From assembly GCA_964494385.1 (NCBI GenBank), contig CAZBSE010000004.1, forward strand, positions 12,475-76,474: 64,000 nt of DNA, written 5' to 3'. Each line of letters begins with the position of its first letter. Within the stretch, counting starts at the first letter, position 1. This DNA comes from an uncultured Actinomycetota bacterium. GTDB taxonomy: Bacteria; Actinomycetota; Humimicrobiia; Humimicrobiales; Humimicrobiaceae. The position numbers and the translations under genes are program-made. The notes under the pieces were generated by a model. The model ran no database searches, was not told the DNA's origin, and was given only the letters and a program-made list of their open reading frames with translations. This document shows, piece by piece, positions 19,889-30,258 of this stretch.

Positions 19889-21418
19889 TCAGGTAAGACT
19901 GTCCTGATTATAACCAACCCGGTATTGGACAGCTTCGATAATATGACTTTCTTTAATAATCCCACTTTCCTCCAGATCGGCTATGGTCCTGGATACCTTT
20001 AAAATACTGACCATCCCCCTGGCGGTTAATCTATATTTTTTTGATATCGTATATATTAGATCCCTTATTTTCTTGCTGCTTTTCAGCCACTGGTTAATAA
20101 CATTGTTTCCTATTTCGGAATTATAACTGATATCTTCATCTTCAAACCTTTCCTTTTGTATAATCATACACTTCTTTACGCGTTCTCTTATATTATCCGA
20201 ACCTTCACTGTCTTCTGTTTTTATAAAACTGCTTTCCGGCAATCTTGCCACCGTAACTCTCATATCTATTCTATCCATTATGGGGCCGCTCATTTTTTTC
20301 CAGAATTTTTTTACTTCCCTTAAGCTGCATATGCATTTTCTGCTGCCATCCCCAAAATAACCGCAATAACAGGGGTTTGTGGCCACTATCAGCATAAAAT
20401 TACAGGGAAAACTATAGGACATATTATTTCTGGTAATTATCACTTTCCTATTTTCCAGCGGCTGCCTTAGATCCTCAATAAGATTTGCGGGAAATTGTGA
20501 AAACTCATCCAGAAACAGCAATCCCTTGTGAGCCAGGCTAATCTCGCCTGGCTTAGGAACAACCCCTCCTCCGATCAGTCCCATCCTGCTTACCGTATGA
20601 TGAGGATTTCTAAATGGTCTTTGCCGTATTAAACAATTAATATATTTCTGATAAAGGCTGTAAATTTTAGTAACTTCAATACACTCTTTTAATTCAAGTT
20701 CCGGCATTATGGAAACCGCTCTCTGGGCCAGCATGGTTTTTCCGCTTCCGGGCGGGCCCATTAGTATTATGTTGTGCCTTCCGCTTGCTGCTATTTCCAG
20801 TGCCCTTTTTGCCTTAAACTGCCCTTTTACATCTTTGAAATCCAGATTGCTGCAGCTGCTCTGACCCCTGGTACCGGTATTTTTATAAATAAATCTTTCT
20901 ATCTGTGTGCCGCCGGAAAGAGCTTCCGCAACCTCAAGCAGATTTTTACATGCAATAATCTTAATTCCCGGTATAAAAGAAGCCTGATCCGCGATACTAT
21001 AAGGCACAAAAAAATATTTTCCACCCGAGGAGCTTACTCTTTCAGCCATTGAGATCAATCCTCTTACCGGATTTATGCTCCCGTCTAATGATAACTCACC
21101 GATGAAATAGGAGCCTTTAAACACACCGCTTTTTATCTGACCGCTGACTGCAAGAATTGAAATTGCTATCGGCAGGTCATAAAAGGATCCGTCTTTCTTT
21201 ATATCAGCCGGTGACAGGTTTACAATAATCTTTTTAATCGGAAAATCAAATCCGCTGTTAATAATGGCGGATCTTACCCTTTGCCTTGATTCGTTCACAG
21301 CCTTCCCCGGCAGCCCTACTATTATGAATTCAGGCATTCCCCTTGATATGTGAACCTCTACACATACATCCAGAGCATCGATGCCTATAAGGGTAAAGCT
21401 GTGCAGCTTAAAGAACAT
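19889..21418 (-). CDS. comM: YifB/ComM family Mg-chelatase-like AAA+ ATPase
   Basis: N-terminal Lon-protease-like ChlI domain (MFFKLHSFTLIGIDALDVCVEVHISRGMPEFIIVGLP), Walker A GPPGSGKTM and sensor motifs; 509 aa. Confidence 0.88.
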   Translation of the reverse strand: MFFKLHSFTLIGIDALDVCVEVHISRGMPEFIIVGLPGKAVNESRQRVRSAIINSGFDFPIKKIIVNLSPADIKKDGSFYDLPIAISILAVSGQIKSGVFKGSYFIGELSLDGSINPVRGLISMAERVSSSGGKYFFVPYSIADQASFIPGIKIIACKNLLEVAEALSGGTQIERFIYKNTGTRGQSSCSNLDFKDVKGQFKAKRALEIAASGRHNIILMGPPGSGKTMLAQRAVSIMPELELKECIEVTKIYSLYQKYINCLIRQRPFRNPHHTVSRMGLIGGGVVPKPGEISLAHKGLLFLDEFSQFPANLIEDLRQPLENRKVIITRNNMSYSFPCNFMLIVATNPCYCGYFGDGSRKCICSLREVKKFWKKMSGPIMDRIDMRVTVARLPESSFIKTEDSEGSDNIRERVKKCMIIQKERFEDEDISYNSEIGNNVINQWLKSSKKIRDLIYTISKKYRLTARGMVSILKVSRTIADLEESGIIKESHIIEAVQYRVGYNQDSLT

Positions 21419-21556
21419 GAAGTAATTATATATGCATTTGTGCTATTAGTCAATTATATTCAAGATGCAGCTTTTAGGGGATTTAATTGTTTTGCAAACA
21501 CGTATTTAACGACTGCAAGAATAATATTTATGAATAAAGATGCTGTATTATTATTA

Positions 21557-23926
21557 TTAAAATTTAAAATCTTTTTTGGAAACTACTTTTATACAGGCAT
21601 CTACTACCGAAGAGTCGTATAGTTTGCCTTTGTTATTCTTGATCTCTTCAATTGCTGCATCCAACCCGAGAGCAGGTCGGTATGGCCTGTCAGATGACAT
21701 GGCCTCTACTACATCAGCTACAGTTAATATCTTTGATTCGAACAATATATCTTTACTTTTTAATCCCTGGGGATATCCTGAACCATTAAGTTTTTCGTGA
21801 TGCTGCAATATAATTTTTGAAATATTGAAAGGAAACTCTATTTTATCTATCATATCATAACTCATTTCGGGATGAGTCTTAATCATGTCATATTCGATAT
21901 CAGATAATCTTCCGGGTTTTACCAGAATTGAAGCCGGTATGTTTATTTTTCCTATATCATGGATCAATGCCGCTACTCTTATGGCCTCTACCCTTTCTTT
22001 CTCTAAATCCAGCTCTTTTGCAACAGCGACAGCTAGTTTTGATACCCTTTTCTGATGGCCCGAAGTATAAGGATCCTTTGCTTCAACTATGGCAGATAAT
22101 GTATTTATGGTGCCGTCAAGTATTCTCTTTAACTTTTTATAGCCTATCTTTAATTTATCTTCAGCTGATTTCTGTCCGGATATATTAACCCAGTTGCTTA
22201 TCAAATATTTTAATTTACCCTTGCTGAAAACAGGTTTACGGGAAAGCTGCACCCATATATCTTTCTTATCCTTGTTACAGAAAAGAATTTCCTTATTTTT
22301 TACATTTTTTAATAAAGATTCCTTATAATGCTTGCTGTAATTATCTACCTGATTTTTGGGCCACCAGGGGTACGGTACTTTTACGCCCAGAGCTTCACCT
22401 GGCTTTAAACCCACCAATTTTTCCATCGCAGGATTTACATATCTTACAGAAGTATCCGGATTTACCACTACTATAGGAGTAGGGGAATTATTCATCAGAC
22501 TGGAACTGAGTTCCTCACTTGTCTTTAATGATTCTTCCACTTGTTTTTGCCTGGTTAAATCATCATAGATAGTTACAATTTCTCCTGAAGGCAGCTTATA
22601 TACATAATTACGCCTCCAGCCGGATAATCTTTTATCTTTATAAAAACACAAGGGGTGTTTTTCAAACATCCCCGTTCTGTTGACTCTTTTAAAAACATCA
22701 AATAATCCAATATCTTTTATCCCCGGAAACACTTCCAAAACACTTTTCCCTATAATATTTTTTCTTTTGACCTTATCTATCCTTTCTGCAGCCTTATTAT
22801 AATCTCTGATAATAAAATCTTTACCGCCATCTACGGCTTCATATACTGCCACACCGTTTCTCATATGCTCAAAGAGTTCCTTAAACTTCTTCTCGCTTTC
22901 TCCTATTTTCCTAAATGCCTTATCCTGTAAGGTAATATCTTTAAAGATCCCCACGGCTCCGATAATTTTTCCATTTATATCTTTAATAGAATCGGCAGTC
23001 AGGGTACATCGGATTTTCATTCCGTCTATTCGTTTTTTCTCTAATCCAGATTTAATATATTTTTCCCCGGAAATAATTCTTTTTAATATGCATTTAGGAG
23101 TATTGCATTCGTGCCTTGGAAATACTTCAAAGCATTTTTTTTCTATAATCTCATTCTTGCCAAGACCTGCAAGATTATTAAACATTTTGTTTGATTTAGT
23201 TATAATAAAATCCTTATTAATAAATACTATCCCATCTGTTGATGTTTCAAACACTTGCTCTAATTCCTTATAAGAGAACCTTAATTTGTTTTCTATTTTC
23301 TTTCTGTCTATAACAATTGCCACCTGTTCCGAGAGAGCGCAAATTCTTTTAAGGTCAAATTCTTTAAATGGTTTCCTTGCGGAAATATCCAGCAGTCCTA
23401 AAACACTGCCATTTGAAATAAGCGGAACAGCTATAACTGATTTTATACCTAAAAGCCTGTAAAATTCAGGTAGGAGCCTTCTCGCTGCAGCTTTTAATAT
23501 TTTCTGTTTATCAGATATGGAATCAGTCAGCTCCCTTATAAGCCCTTTTATTTCAGAAACGTTATTTATAATCACCGGCTTCTTTCCTTTAAGTATTTTG
23601 TAATAACAGCCGGTTCCTGCTAACGGAATTCTTACCTCCGGTATCTTTACTTTTATCAGGCCCTCAATTACTCTTCTCTTATTTGTGGAGAGATTAATAT
23701 TCTGCATAATAAGATACTTTCCGCCATCATCTATAAGAAAAACAGTTGCACCGGAGCCTGAAAATATCTTTTTGGTTCTGGTGTTTATAAGTTTAATTAT
23801 TTTACTCAGGCTGTCCCCGCGGTTTACAGCCATGTTTATGGAATTTAGAAGCTTAAGGTCTTCCATACGGCATTTCATTCTGCCATCTTCTGACTTTTTT
23901 TCTACTGTTCTTTTTAGTCCTATCAT
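21557..23926 (-). CDS. Multi-sensor signal transduction protein: GAF + PAS repeats + C-terminal HD-GYP phosphohydrolase domain
   Basis: The C-terminus has HD...IHDIGKINIP...HHEKLNGSGYPQGL (HD-GYP motif); the N-terminal ~600 aa have GAF-like and PAS-like segments. Confidence 0.8.
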   Translation of the reverse strand: MIGLKRTVEKKSEDGRMKCRMEDLKLLNSINMAVNRGDSLSKIIKLINTRTKKIFSGSGATVFLIDDGGKYLIMQNINLSTNKRRVIEGLIKVKIPEVRIPLAGTGCYYKILKGKKPVIINNVSEIKGLIRELTDSISDKQKILKAAARRLLPEFYRLLGIKSVIAVPLISNGSVLGLLDISARKPFKEFDLKRICALSEQVAIVIDRKKIENKLRFSYKELEQVFETSTDGIVFINKDFIITKSNKMFNNLAGLGKNEIIEKKCFEVFPRHECNTPKCILKRIISGEKYIKSGLEKKRIDGMKIRCTLTADSIKDINGKIIGAVGIFKDITLQDKAFRKIGESEKKFKELFEHMRNGVAVYEAVDGGKDFIIRDYNKAAERIDKVKRKNIIGKSVLEVFPGIKDIGLFDVFKRVNRTGMFEKHPLCFYKDKRLSGWRRNYVYKLPSGEIVTIYDDLTRQKQVEESLKTSEELSSSLMNNSPTPIVVVNPDTSVRYVNPAMEKLVGLKPGEALGVKVPYPWWPKNQVDNYSKHYKESLLKNVKNKEILFCNKDKKDIWVQLSRKPVFSKGKLKYLISNWVNISGQKSAEDKLKIGYKKLKRILDGTINTLSAIVEAKDPYTSGHQKRVSKLAVAVAKELDLEKERVEAIRVAALIHDIGKINIPASILVKPGRLSDIEYDMIKTHPEMSYDMIDKIEFPFNISKIILQHHEKLNGSGYPQGLKSKDILFESKILTVADVVEAMSSDRPYRPALGLDAAIEEIKNNKGKLYDSSVVDACIKVVSKKDFKF

Positions 23927-24044
23927 AAAAAGTCTTTAAATTATCAGTAAATTTTAATTATAAATACATTATAATAATAACATATCTTATAATATTATAT
24001 TTTAGGACTATACTGACGTCAAATAAATTAGATTCAATTTGCTT

Positions 24045-24419
24045 TTAAAAGGCGTTTTTTATGTGCTTAACATCAAGGCAATTTTTATATTCCGGGGTAT
24101 TTAATTTTATTAATGTATCAAGCGGATTATCTTCTGTAAATATTTTATTGGCTAAATTTTTATCGATAATTATAGTAATCACATCAAAACAGATGTTTGA
24201 CCCTGAAAGCCTGTTATCCGAGATATAAGCGCTGGCCAATCTTTTTATTCTGGAAATTTTTGTTTTTCCGATAGATTCGAGAGGATCTCCATATTTTAAA
24301 TTGGTCCTTGTTTTTACTTCTATAAAAATTAAATAATTATCTTTTGCGGCTACTATGTCTATCTCGCCATATCTATTCCTGTAATTGCTGTTAATGATAA
24401 AATATCCTTCTTTTTTCAA
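24045..24419 (-). CDS. yraN: YraN/UPF0102 family endonuclease
   Basis: YGEIDIVAAKDNYLIFIEVKTR PD-(D/E)xK-like motif; directly upstream of rnhB as is typical. Confidence 0.8.
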   Translation of the reverse strand: MKKEGYFIINSNYRNRYGEIDIVAAKDNYLIFIEVKTRTNLKYGDPLESIGKTKISRIKRLASAYISDNRLSGSNICFDVITIIIDKNLANKIFTEDNPLDTLIKLNTPEYKNCLDVKHIKNAF

Positions 24420-24474
24420 ATATTCCCGGGCAGCATATTCACCAAATTTGCCTATGATTTTTCTGTCAGTTCCG

Positions 24475-25104
24475 TTAACTTAAAACACCTCTGAAAGATA
24501 CCCTATGGATCATTGTAGGACCATATTTTTGGAGTGAATTTAAGTGTTTTCTGGTACCGTAGCCTTTATTATATTCAAATCCGTATTCCGGGTAATACTT
24601 TGAATACTTGAACATTATCTGATCTCTTACCACTTTAGCAATTATTGAAGCCGCTGCAATAGAAATACTCAACCTGTCACCCTTTATAAGAGGTATATAT
24701 TTTTCTCCCAGATCCATACTGATAAAATCCGATAAAATAATATCCGGCTTTATCTTTAAACCACCTACTGCTCTTTTAAATGCTATCATGTTTGCCTTTG
24801 AAATTGACAATCTGTCAATCTCTTCAGGAGATATTTTGGCAACTGACCAGCATAAACAGCTTTCTATAATTTTTTTAAAAATATATTTTCTTTTATTTTC
24901 AGCAACTTTCTTGGAATCATTTACATCTTCTACCATTAACTTCTTTCTGTCCATAATGACCGCCGCAGCTACCAGCGGCCCGGCAAGGGAACCCCTCCCT
25001 ACTTCATCAATGCCTGCTATCTTTTTACAGCCCTCAATATATAGGTCATCTTCATACCTGCATAAATTTTGGAGTCTTGCAATCTCTTTTGGTTCCATAT
25101 TCAC
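24475..25104 (-). CDS. rnhB: Ribonuclease HII
   Basis: IAGIDEVGRGSLAGPLVAAAVI active-site motif. Confidence 0.92.
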   Translation of the reverse strand: MNMEPKEIARLQNLCRYEDDLYIEGCKKIAGIDEVGRGSLAGPLVAAAVIMDRKKLMVEDVNDSKKVAENKRKYIFKKIIESCLCWSVAKISPEEIDRLSISKANMIAFKRAVGGLKIKPDIILSDFISMDLGEKYIPLIKGDRLSISIAAASIIAKVVRDQIMFKYSKYYPEYGFEYNKGYGTRKHLNSLQKYGPTMIHRVSFRGVLS

Positions 25105-25112
25105 TTAAAATA

Positions 25113-25655
25113 TTACCATCTCGAAGGGGGCCAGTAAACCACCATAAATTCTCCAAAAATTTCACTTTCCGGAATGGTTCCAAAAAATCTGCTGTCGAAA
25201 CTGTTGTTCCTGTTATCTCCCATTACAAATATCTCGTCCTCGCCAATAACAACAGTCTGGTTAATGTAAGAAATAATTTGATCAGCCTGCAGATAATCCT
25301 CGGTAATTTTTTCACCGTTTATAAATATTTCTCCCTCGCTGGTTATTGTAATCTCATCGCCTTCTATGGCTATTGCCCTTTTAACCAGATCTCTGTCTTC
25401 CAGCAGAGAATGAAAGGCTACGATGTCTCCTCTTTTAATGCTGGCGAATTTATATGCTATCTTGTTAATTATTACTTTATCGCCAACCTTTAATGCTGGT
25501 TCCATTGAGGGTGTGGGCACAACGAAAGGTTCAAACATAAAGATTCTGACCATAGCAGCCAGTACAGCAGCCGTTATTATAACTATGCTATATCCCAGGA
25601 GTTCTTTTAGAATTTTCTTATTTTTGATTTTATTCCGTTTTTCTTCAAAAGGCAT
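25113..25655 (-). CDS. lepB: Signal peptidase I
   Basis: N-terminal TM helix, catalytic Ser box (PTPSMEPAL) and Lys box (KRAIAIEGDEI...GDNRNNSFDSR). Confidence 0.88.
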   Translation of the reverse strand: MPFEEKRNKIKNKKILKELLGYSIVIITAAVLAAMVRIFMFEPFVVPTPSMEPALKVGDKVIINKIAYKFASIKRGDIVAFHSLLEDRDLVKRAIAIEGDEITITSEGEIFINGEKITEDYLQADQIISYINQTVVIGEDEIFVMGDNRNNSFDSRFFGTIPESEIFGEFMVVYWPPSRW

Positions 25656-25684
25656 TGGTATGAAAATTTAAATCTTCTGCAGAT

Positions 25685-26026
25685 TTATTTAAATTTAATT
25701 TTTGATTTTTTACCGATTTTGTCCCTGAGGTAGTAAAGTTTGGCCCTTCTGACTATACCTACGCCAACCTTTTCTATGGATTGAATCACAGGTGAATTGA
25801 AAAGAAATGTTCTTTCAACACCTACATTATTAAAAGAGATTTTCCTTACTGTAAATGTTTTATTAATGCCGGAACCTCTGATCTTTATTACTATTCCTTC
25901 AAAGATTTGAATCCTGTCTTTATTCTCTTCGCTTATCTTTATTTTAACCTTTACCTTATTACCGGAATTAATTTCAGGTATATCAGTTCTCAGATACTTA
26001 CTCTCTATTTTGTCTAATTTGTTCAT
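25685..26026 (-). CDS. rplS: 50S ribosomal protein L19
   Basis: 113 aa; L19 core ...FEGIVIKIRGSGINKTFTVRKIS...GVERTFLFNSP. Confidence 0.92.
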   Translation of the reverse strand: MNKLDKIESKYLRTDIPEINSGNKVKVKIKISEENKDRIQIFEGIVIKIRGSGINKTFTVRKISFNNVGVERTFLFNSPVIQSIEKVGVGIVRRAKLYYLRDKIGKKSKIKFK

Positions 26027-26083
26027 TTATTTCTCCAGCCCGTTTCTTTTCCAATCTAAAATAACCAAACAAATATAATGAAT

Positions 26084-26785
26084 TTAACTGTCTTTGTCAA
26101 ATAAATCAGGCCTTTTTAATCTGGTTATTTCTATTGATTTTTTCTCTCTCCACTTCTGTATATCTTTATGGTTCCCGCTTAAAAGAATACGGGGGACAGG
26201 CGTCTTTTTAAAAATAAGGGGTCTTGTGTACTGGGGATAATCCAGTAAATTATTTTCAAAGGACTCTGTTTCTAAAGATTCCTTTTTTCCTACCACACCG
26301 GGCAGCAATCTTATCACTCCGTCTATTACTGCCATGGCCGGGATCTCTCCACCTGTGAGCACATAATCTCCGATAGAAATCTCTGCATCAATCAGCCACT
26401 TTACGGCCCTCTGATCAATACCCTCGTATCTTCCGCAAACCAATATTATATTTTCAAGATTTGAAAGATATTTTAATTTACCCTGGTTCAATCTCTCTCC
26501 TCTGGGAGTAAGCAAAATTGTCTTTTGTTTTTCTTTTTGTTTGATTTTATTCTTCTTTTTTATAAAAGTCACAGCCCTGTCCAGCGGTTCCGGCATCAAT
26601 ATCATACCGGCACCTCCGCCATATGGCCTATCATCTATTTTCCCTTGCTTACAGCCGGAAAAATCTCTTAAATTATATACATTCAGCCGGCATATATTTT
26701 TCTTAAAAGCTTCTTTTATTATGCCGAATCTGGTGATATCGCCAAATATCTTTGGAAAAATAGTTATTACATCTATTTTTAACAT
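26084..26785 (-). CDS. trmD: tRNA (guanine37-N1)-methyltransferase
   Basis: MLKIDVITIFPKIF... SPOUT-fold TrmD with a Lys-rich insertion; rimM-trmD-rplS order. Confidence 0.92.
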   Translation of the reverse strand: MLKIDVITIFPKIFGDITRFGIIKEAFKKNICRLNVYNLRDFSGCKQGKIDDRPYGGGAGMILMPEPLDRAVTFIKKKNKIKQKEKQKTILLTPRGERLNQGKLKYLSNLENIILVCGRYEGIDQRAVKWLIDAEISIGDYVLTGGEIPAMAVIDGVIRLLPGVVGKKESLETESFENNLLDYPQYTRPLIFKKTPVPRILLSGNHKDIQKWREKKSIEITRLKRPDLFDKDS

Positions 26786-26823
26786 TTTAATTATAAAAAG
26801 ATTTTAAAATATGAAATGCGGAT

Positions 26824-27378
26824 TTAAATATATTCAGGGATCTTTTTTAATAATATCATTCTTTCTTTTGTGTTTATGCTATCAATATAATTATTAATGA
26901 CGGGAACATATAGAATGCTGCCCCTTATTCCCTTTGTCTTGATGTCCTTATTCTCTATCTTCACTTTTAAATTATCATTGGATATCAGTTTTTCCACTGC
27001 AATAGCTTTGCCGATAAAAACTTTATCTCTTGTATAGACCCTGCAGCCTATTATATCGTCCACCCAGTATTGGTCCCTTTTAAGCTTTGGCCCGCTGCTG
27101 GTATGCCTGAAAATATTTGTTCCTTTAAATTCTTCGGCACGGTTTCGGTCATTTATCTGTTTGAATTTAATTACGAGGGCGAGAGGCTTTCTTCCCTCTT
27201 TCAGCTTGACGTCCTCGACCTCCGCTTTATTAATACATTTCCGGTCAAAAAAAAGAATATCTCCCCTTTTAATAGTTTTGGGATAATCAGTAAGCAACAT
27301 TACATTTACTTCTCCCTTTATTCCATGCGGCTTACTAATTATCCCAATTAACCTTGCATCTACATTTACTTCTGACAT
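26824..27378 (-). CDS. rimM: 16S rRNA processing protein RimM
   Basis: GIISKPHGIKGEVNV N-terminal barrel and C-terminal PRC barrel. Confidence 0.88.
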   Translation of the reverse strand: MSEVNVDARLIGIISKPHGIKGEVNVMLLTDYPKTIKRGDILFFDRKCINKAEVEDVKLKEGRKPLALVIKFKQINDRNRAEEFKGTNIFRHTSSGPKLKRDQYWVDDIIGCRVYTRDKVFIGKAIAVEKLISNDNLKVKIENKDIKTKGIRGSILYVPVINNYIDSINTKERMILLKKIPEYI

Positions 27379-27426
27379 TTACTATGCCTGTTTAAATAAA
27401 TCTATCTATATTTATATATTAAATTT

Positions 27427-27660
27427 TCAATCCATAATCTTTACTATAGAGGACTTGCCTCTTTTAGCAGATGCAGCTCTCATAATAACCCTTAGAGCAT
27501 TTGCGGTTCTTCCTTTTTTACCAATCACCTTTCCCAGATCGTCTTCTGCAACTTTTAACTTGAAAATTACTGTTTTGTCATCTTCCTCCTCTTCTGTGAT
27601 TTCAACGTCATCCGGGCTGTCAACCAACTCTTTTACCATGTACTCAAGTAGTTCTTTCAC
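27427..27660 (-). CDS. KH-domain RNA-binding protein (YlqC/UPF0109 family)
   Basis: 77 aa; GKVIGKKGRTANALRVIM KH GXXG loop; conserved position between rpsP and rimM. Confidence 0.85.
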   Translation of the reverse strand: MKELLEYMVKELVDSPDDVEITEEEEDDKTVIFKLKVAEDDLGKVIGKKGRTANALRVIMRAASAKRGKSSIVKIMD

Positions 27661-27688
27661 TATTTACCTCCAGTCTAAATTGTAATAA

Positions 27689-27934
27689 CTACCTCTTTAA
27701 ACCAATCTTATCAAAAAGTTTTTGAACTGTATCTGTCGGTTTTGCACCTTTCTTGATCCAATCAATAGCTTTATCCTTATCTACTTCTATTTTTGATGGA
27801 TCACATTTTGGGTCATATGTTCCTATTTTTTCAATAAACCTCCCATCTCTCGGTGATCTGATATCTGCTACCACAATCCTGTAAAAGGGTTGTTTCTTCG
27901 AACCAATTCTTGTCAATCTGATCTTTACACTCAA
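27689..27934 (-). CDS. rpsP: 30S ribosomal protein S16
   Basis: The second in-frame TTG gives [35 protein letters not shown], the canonical S16 start, with GGAGG 5 nt upstream. The track ORF starts 4 codons earlier, at another TTG. Confidence 0.88.
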   Translation of the reverse strand: MSVKIRLTRIGSKKQPFYRIVVADIRSPRDGRFIEKIGTYDPKCDPSKIEVDKDKAIDWIKKGAKPTDTVQKLFDKIGLKR

Positions 27935-28016
27935 TAAAACCTCCAAATTTCGTCAACATATAGCTTTTTGCCATAATTATATATTGTTCTATAAAACTTG
28001 CAAAACTTTTTTTTAG

Positions 28017-29345
28017 TTAGAAATTTCCAAAAGGCATATTAAATTTACCCTTCTGGCCCGAAAACTGCTTCAGCATCTGCCTGGTTTTACTAAACTGCTT
28101 GAGCAATCTGTTTACTTCCGATACTGTACTGCCGCTTCCCTTTGCTATTCTCTTTTTCCTGCTGCCATTGATTATATGAGGCCTGCGTCTTTCTTCTACA
28201 GTCATGGAATTTATTATAGCCTCTATCCGATCCAGGTGAGAATCATCAAAATTTACTTTTTTAAGCATCTTGTTCTTGCCTGCCATGGGTATCATAGAGA
28301 ATATTTTATCCAGCGATCCTATCTTTTTTATACTTTTCAACTGTCCTACGAAATCTTCGAAATTTAGTTCATTTTTATATATTTTCTCTTCAATTCTTTT
28401 GGCCTCCTTTTTGCTTACCGCTTTTTCCGCCTTTTCGACTAAAGTCATCACATCGCCCTTACCCAATATTCTTGAGGCAATCCTATCGGGGTAAAATATA
28501 TCAAAATCTTCAACTTTTTCTCCGTTTGATACAAACTTTATAGGTTTCTTAACCACATAATAAACGGAAAGCGCGGCACCTCCTCTGGTATCACTGTCCA
28601 ACTTGGTTAAAATTATTCCATCACATTCAACTTTCTGATTAAAGCTGGAAGCAATATTTACAGCTTCCTGGCCGGTCATAGCATCAAGTACCAGGTATAT
28701 CTGATGCGGACTTACTTTTTTCTTTATATTTACGATTTCTTCCATCATATTCTCATCAATATGCAATCTTCCGGCAGTATCTATTATAACTACATCGCTT
28801 CCTGATTTTTTAAATAGTTCCAATCCTTTTACCGATATGGAAACCGGATCTAAATTTTCATTGGAATAAACATCCACTCCTATATTTTTTGCCATATCTT
28901 CCAGCTGGAGTACGGCTGCCGGCCTGTAAATATCTGCAGCTACTACGGACACTTTTTTCTGAAACCTTGCCTTTAAGAAATTGGCCAGTTTTATAACCGA
29001 TGAAGTTTTACCGGAGCCCTGGAGCCCGACTGTCATTATAACTGTGGGACCTTTGGGAACAAAACTTATGCTGCCGCTGCTAGAGCCCAGCATTCTTATA
29101 ATTTCTTCATTTACTATTTTTACTACCTGCTGATAGGGAGTAAGGCTTTCAAGTATTTTTTCGCCTATTGCCTTTGCCTTTACATTTTCTAAAAATTCCT
29201 TAACAACTTTAAAATTTACATCGGCTTCCAGCAGTGCCAGTTTTATTTCCCTTAATGCACTGTCCAGATCACCTGGATTTATTTTGCCTTTATTTCTTAT
29301 TTTAAAAAATAAATTTTCAAACTTCGCCGTCAGCTGATCAAACAT
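28017..29345 (-). CDS. ffh: Signal recognition particle protein Ffh
   Basis: N and G domains (GLQGSGKTSS, DTAGR, TKLD) and a Met-rich M domain. Confidence 0.95.
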   Translation of the reverse strand: MFDQLTAKFENLFFKIRNKGKINPGDLDSALREIKLALLEADVNFKVVKEFLENVKAKAIGEKILESLTPYQQVVKIVNEEIIRMLGSSSGSISFVPKGPTVIMTVGLQGSGKTSSVIKLANFLKARFQKKVSVVAADIYRPAAVLQLEDMAKNIGVDVYSNENLDPVSISVKGLELFKKSGSDVVIIDTAGRLHIDENMMEEIVNIKKKVSPHQIYLVLDAMTGQEAVNIASSFNQKVECDGIILTKLDSDTRGGAALSVYYVVKKPIKFVSNGEKVEDFDIFYPDRIASRILGKGDVMTLVEKAEKAVSKKEAKRIEEKIYKNELNFEDFVGQLKSIKKIGSLDKIFSMIPMAGKNKMLKKVNFDDSHLDRIEAIINSMTVEERRRPHIINGSRKKRIAKGSGSTVSEVNRLLKQFSKTRQMLKQFSGQKGKFNMPFGNF

Positions 29346-29376
29346 CGTAAAATCCTTTTTAATCTTGATATTAAAG

Positions 29377-30258
29377 TCAGGAGAATATCAATTCGGTAAA
29401 CCTTACTGCATCAAATTGAAATATATCTTCCATTTTTTCTCCATTGGAAACCATTTTTATGGGAATTCCCAGATCATGCTTTATGGTAATTACTATCCCG
29501 CCCTTGGAAGCGCTGTCAACCTTGGTTAAGATAATGCCGGTTAAGTTTAACGCATTATTAAACAACTCCGCCTGATTTTTAGCATTTTGTCCGGTAGTGG
29601 AATCAACTACCAGTAGTATTTCATCGACTTCCCGGCCTATTCTCTTGTTAATTACTTTTTTTATTTTCTTCAGCTCTTCCATTAAATTATATGAAGTTTG
29701 CATCCTTCCGGCGGTATCGATTATGACCACGTCGATGTTCCTGGCTTTTGCCTTTTCTATGCTGTCGTAAACTACCGCTCCGGGATCTGATAATTTTTGG
29801 TGTGATACCATATCCAGCCCTAATTTTTCAGCATAATATTGTATTTGCTCCACTGCAGCCGACCTGTATGTATCTGCGGCCGATATTAGAACCTTTTTCC
29901 CTTCTTCTTTAAATAATTTGGCCAGCTTTGCAACTGCTGTGGTTTTACCCACTCCGTTTACCCCTACCACTAAAATCACCGCAGGACGAATGGCCGGTAT
30001 ATTTAACTTATGATCTTTGTTCCCATTAAGGATTTCTATAATCTGTTTCTTTAAAAGTGCCTTTACCTTTCCCGAATCATTTATATTCTCACGGTAAACA
30101 TAATCCTTCACTTCATCCAGCATCTTACCTGCAGTACTGATACTAATGTCACTGGTTACCAGCTGTTCTTCCAGCTCTTCCCAGAACTGACCCTTATTGT
30201 CTTTAAACTTGTTCCAGAAATAATTTAAATTTTTAATTAATCTCTGCATGTTTTTCAA
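29377..30258 (-). CDS. ftsY: SRP receptor FtsY (NG domain only, 293 aa)
   Basis: GVNGVGKTT, DTAGR and TKVD GTPase motifs; overlaps the smc 3' end by 26 nt. Confidence 0.92.
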   Translation of the reverse strand: MKNMQRLIKNLNYFWNKFKDNKGQFWEELEEQLVTSDISISTAGKMLDEVKDYVYRENINDSGKVKALLKKQIIEILNGNKDHKLNIPAIRPAVILVVGVNGVGKTTAVAKLAKLFKEEGKKVLISAADTYRSAAVEQIQYYAEKLGLDMVSHQKLSDPGAVVYDSIEKAKARNIDVVIIDTAGRMQTSYNLMEELKKIKKVINKRIGREVDEILLVVDSTTGQNAKNQAELFNNALNLTGIILTKVDSASKGGIVITIKHDLGIPIKMVSNGEKMEDIFQFDAVRFTELIFS

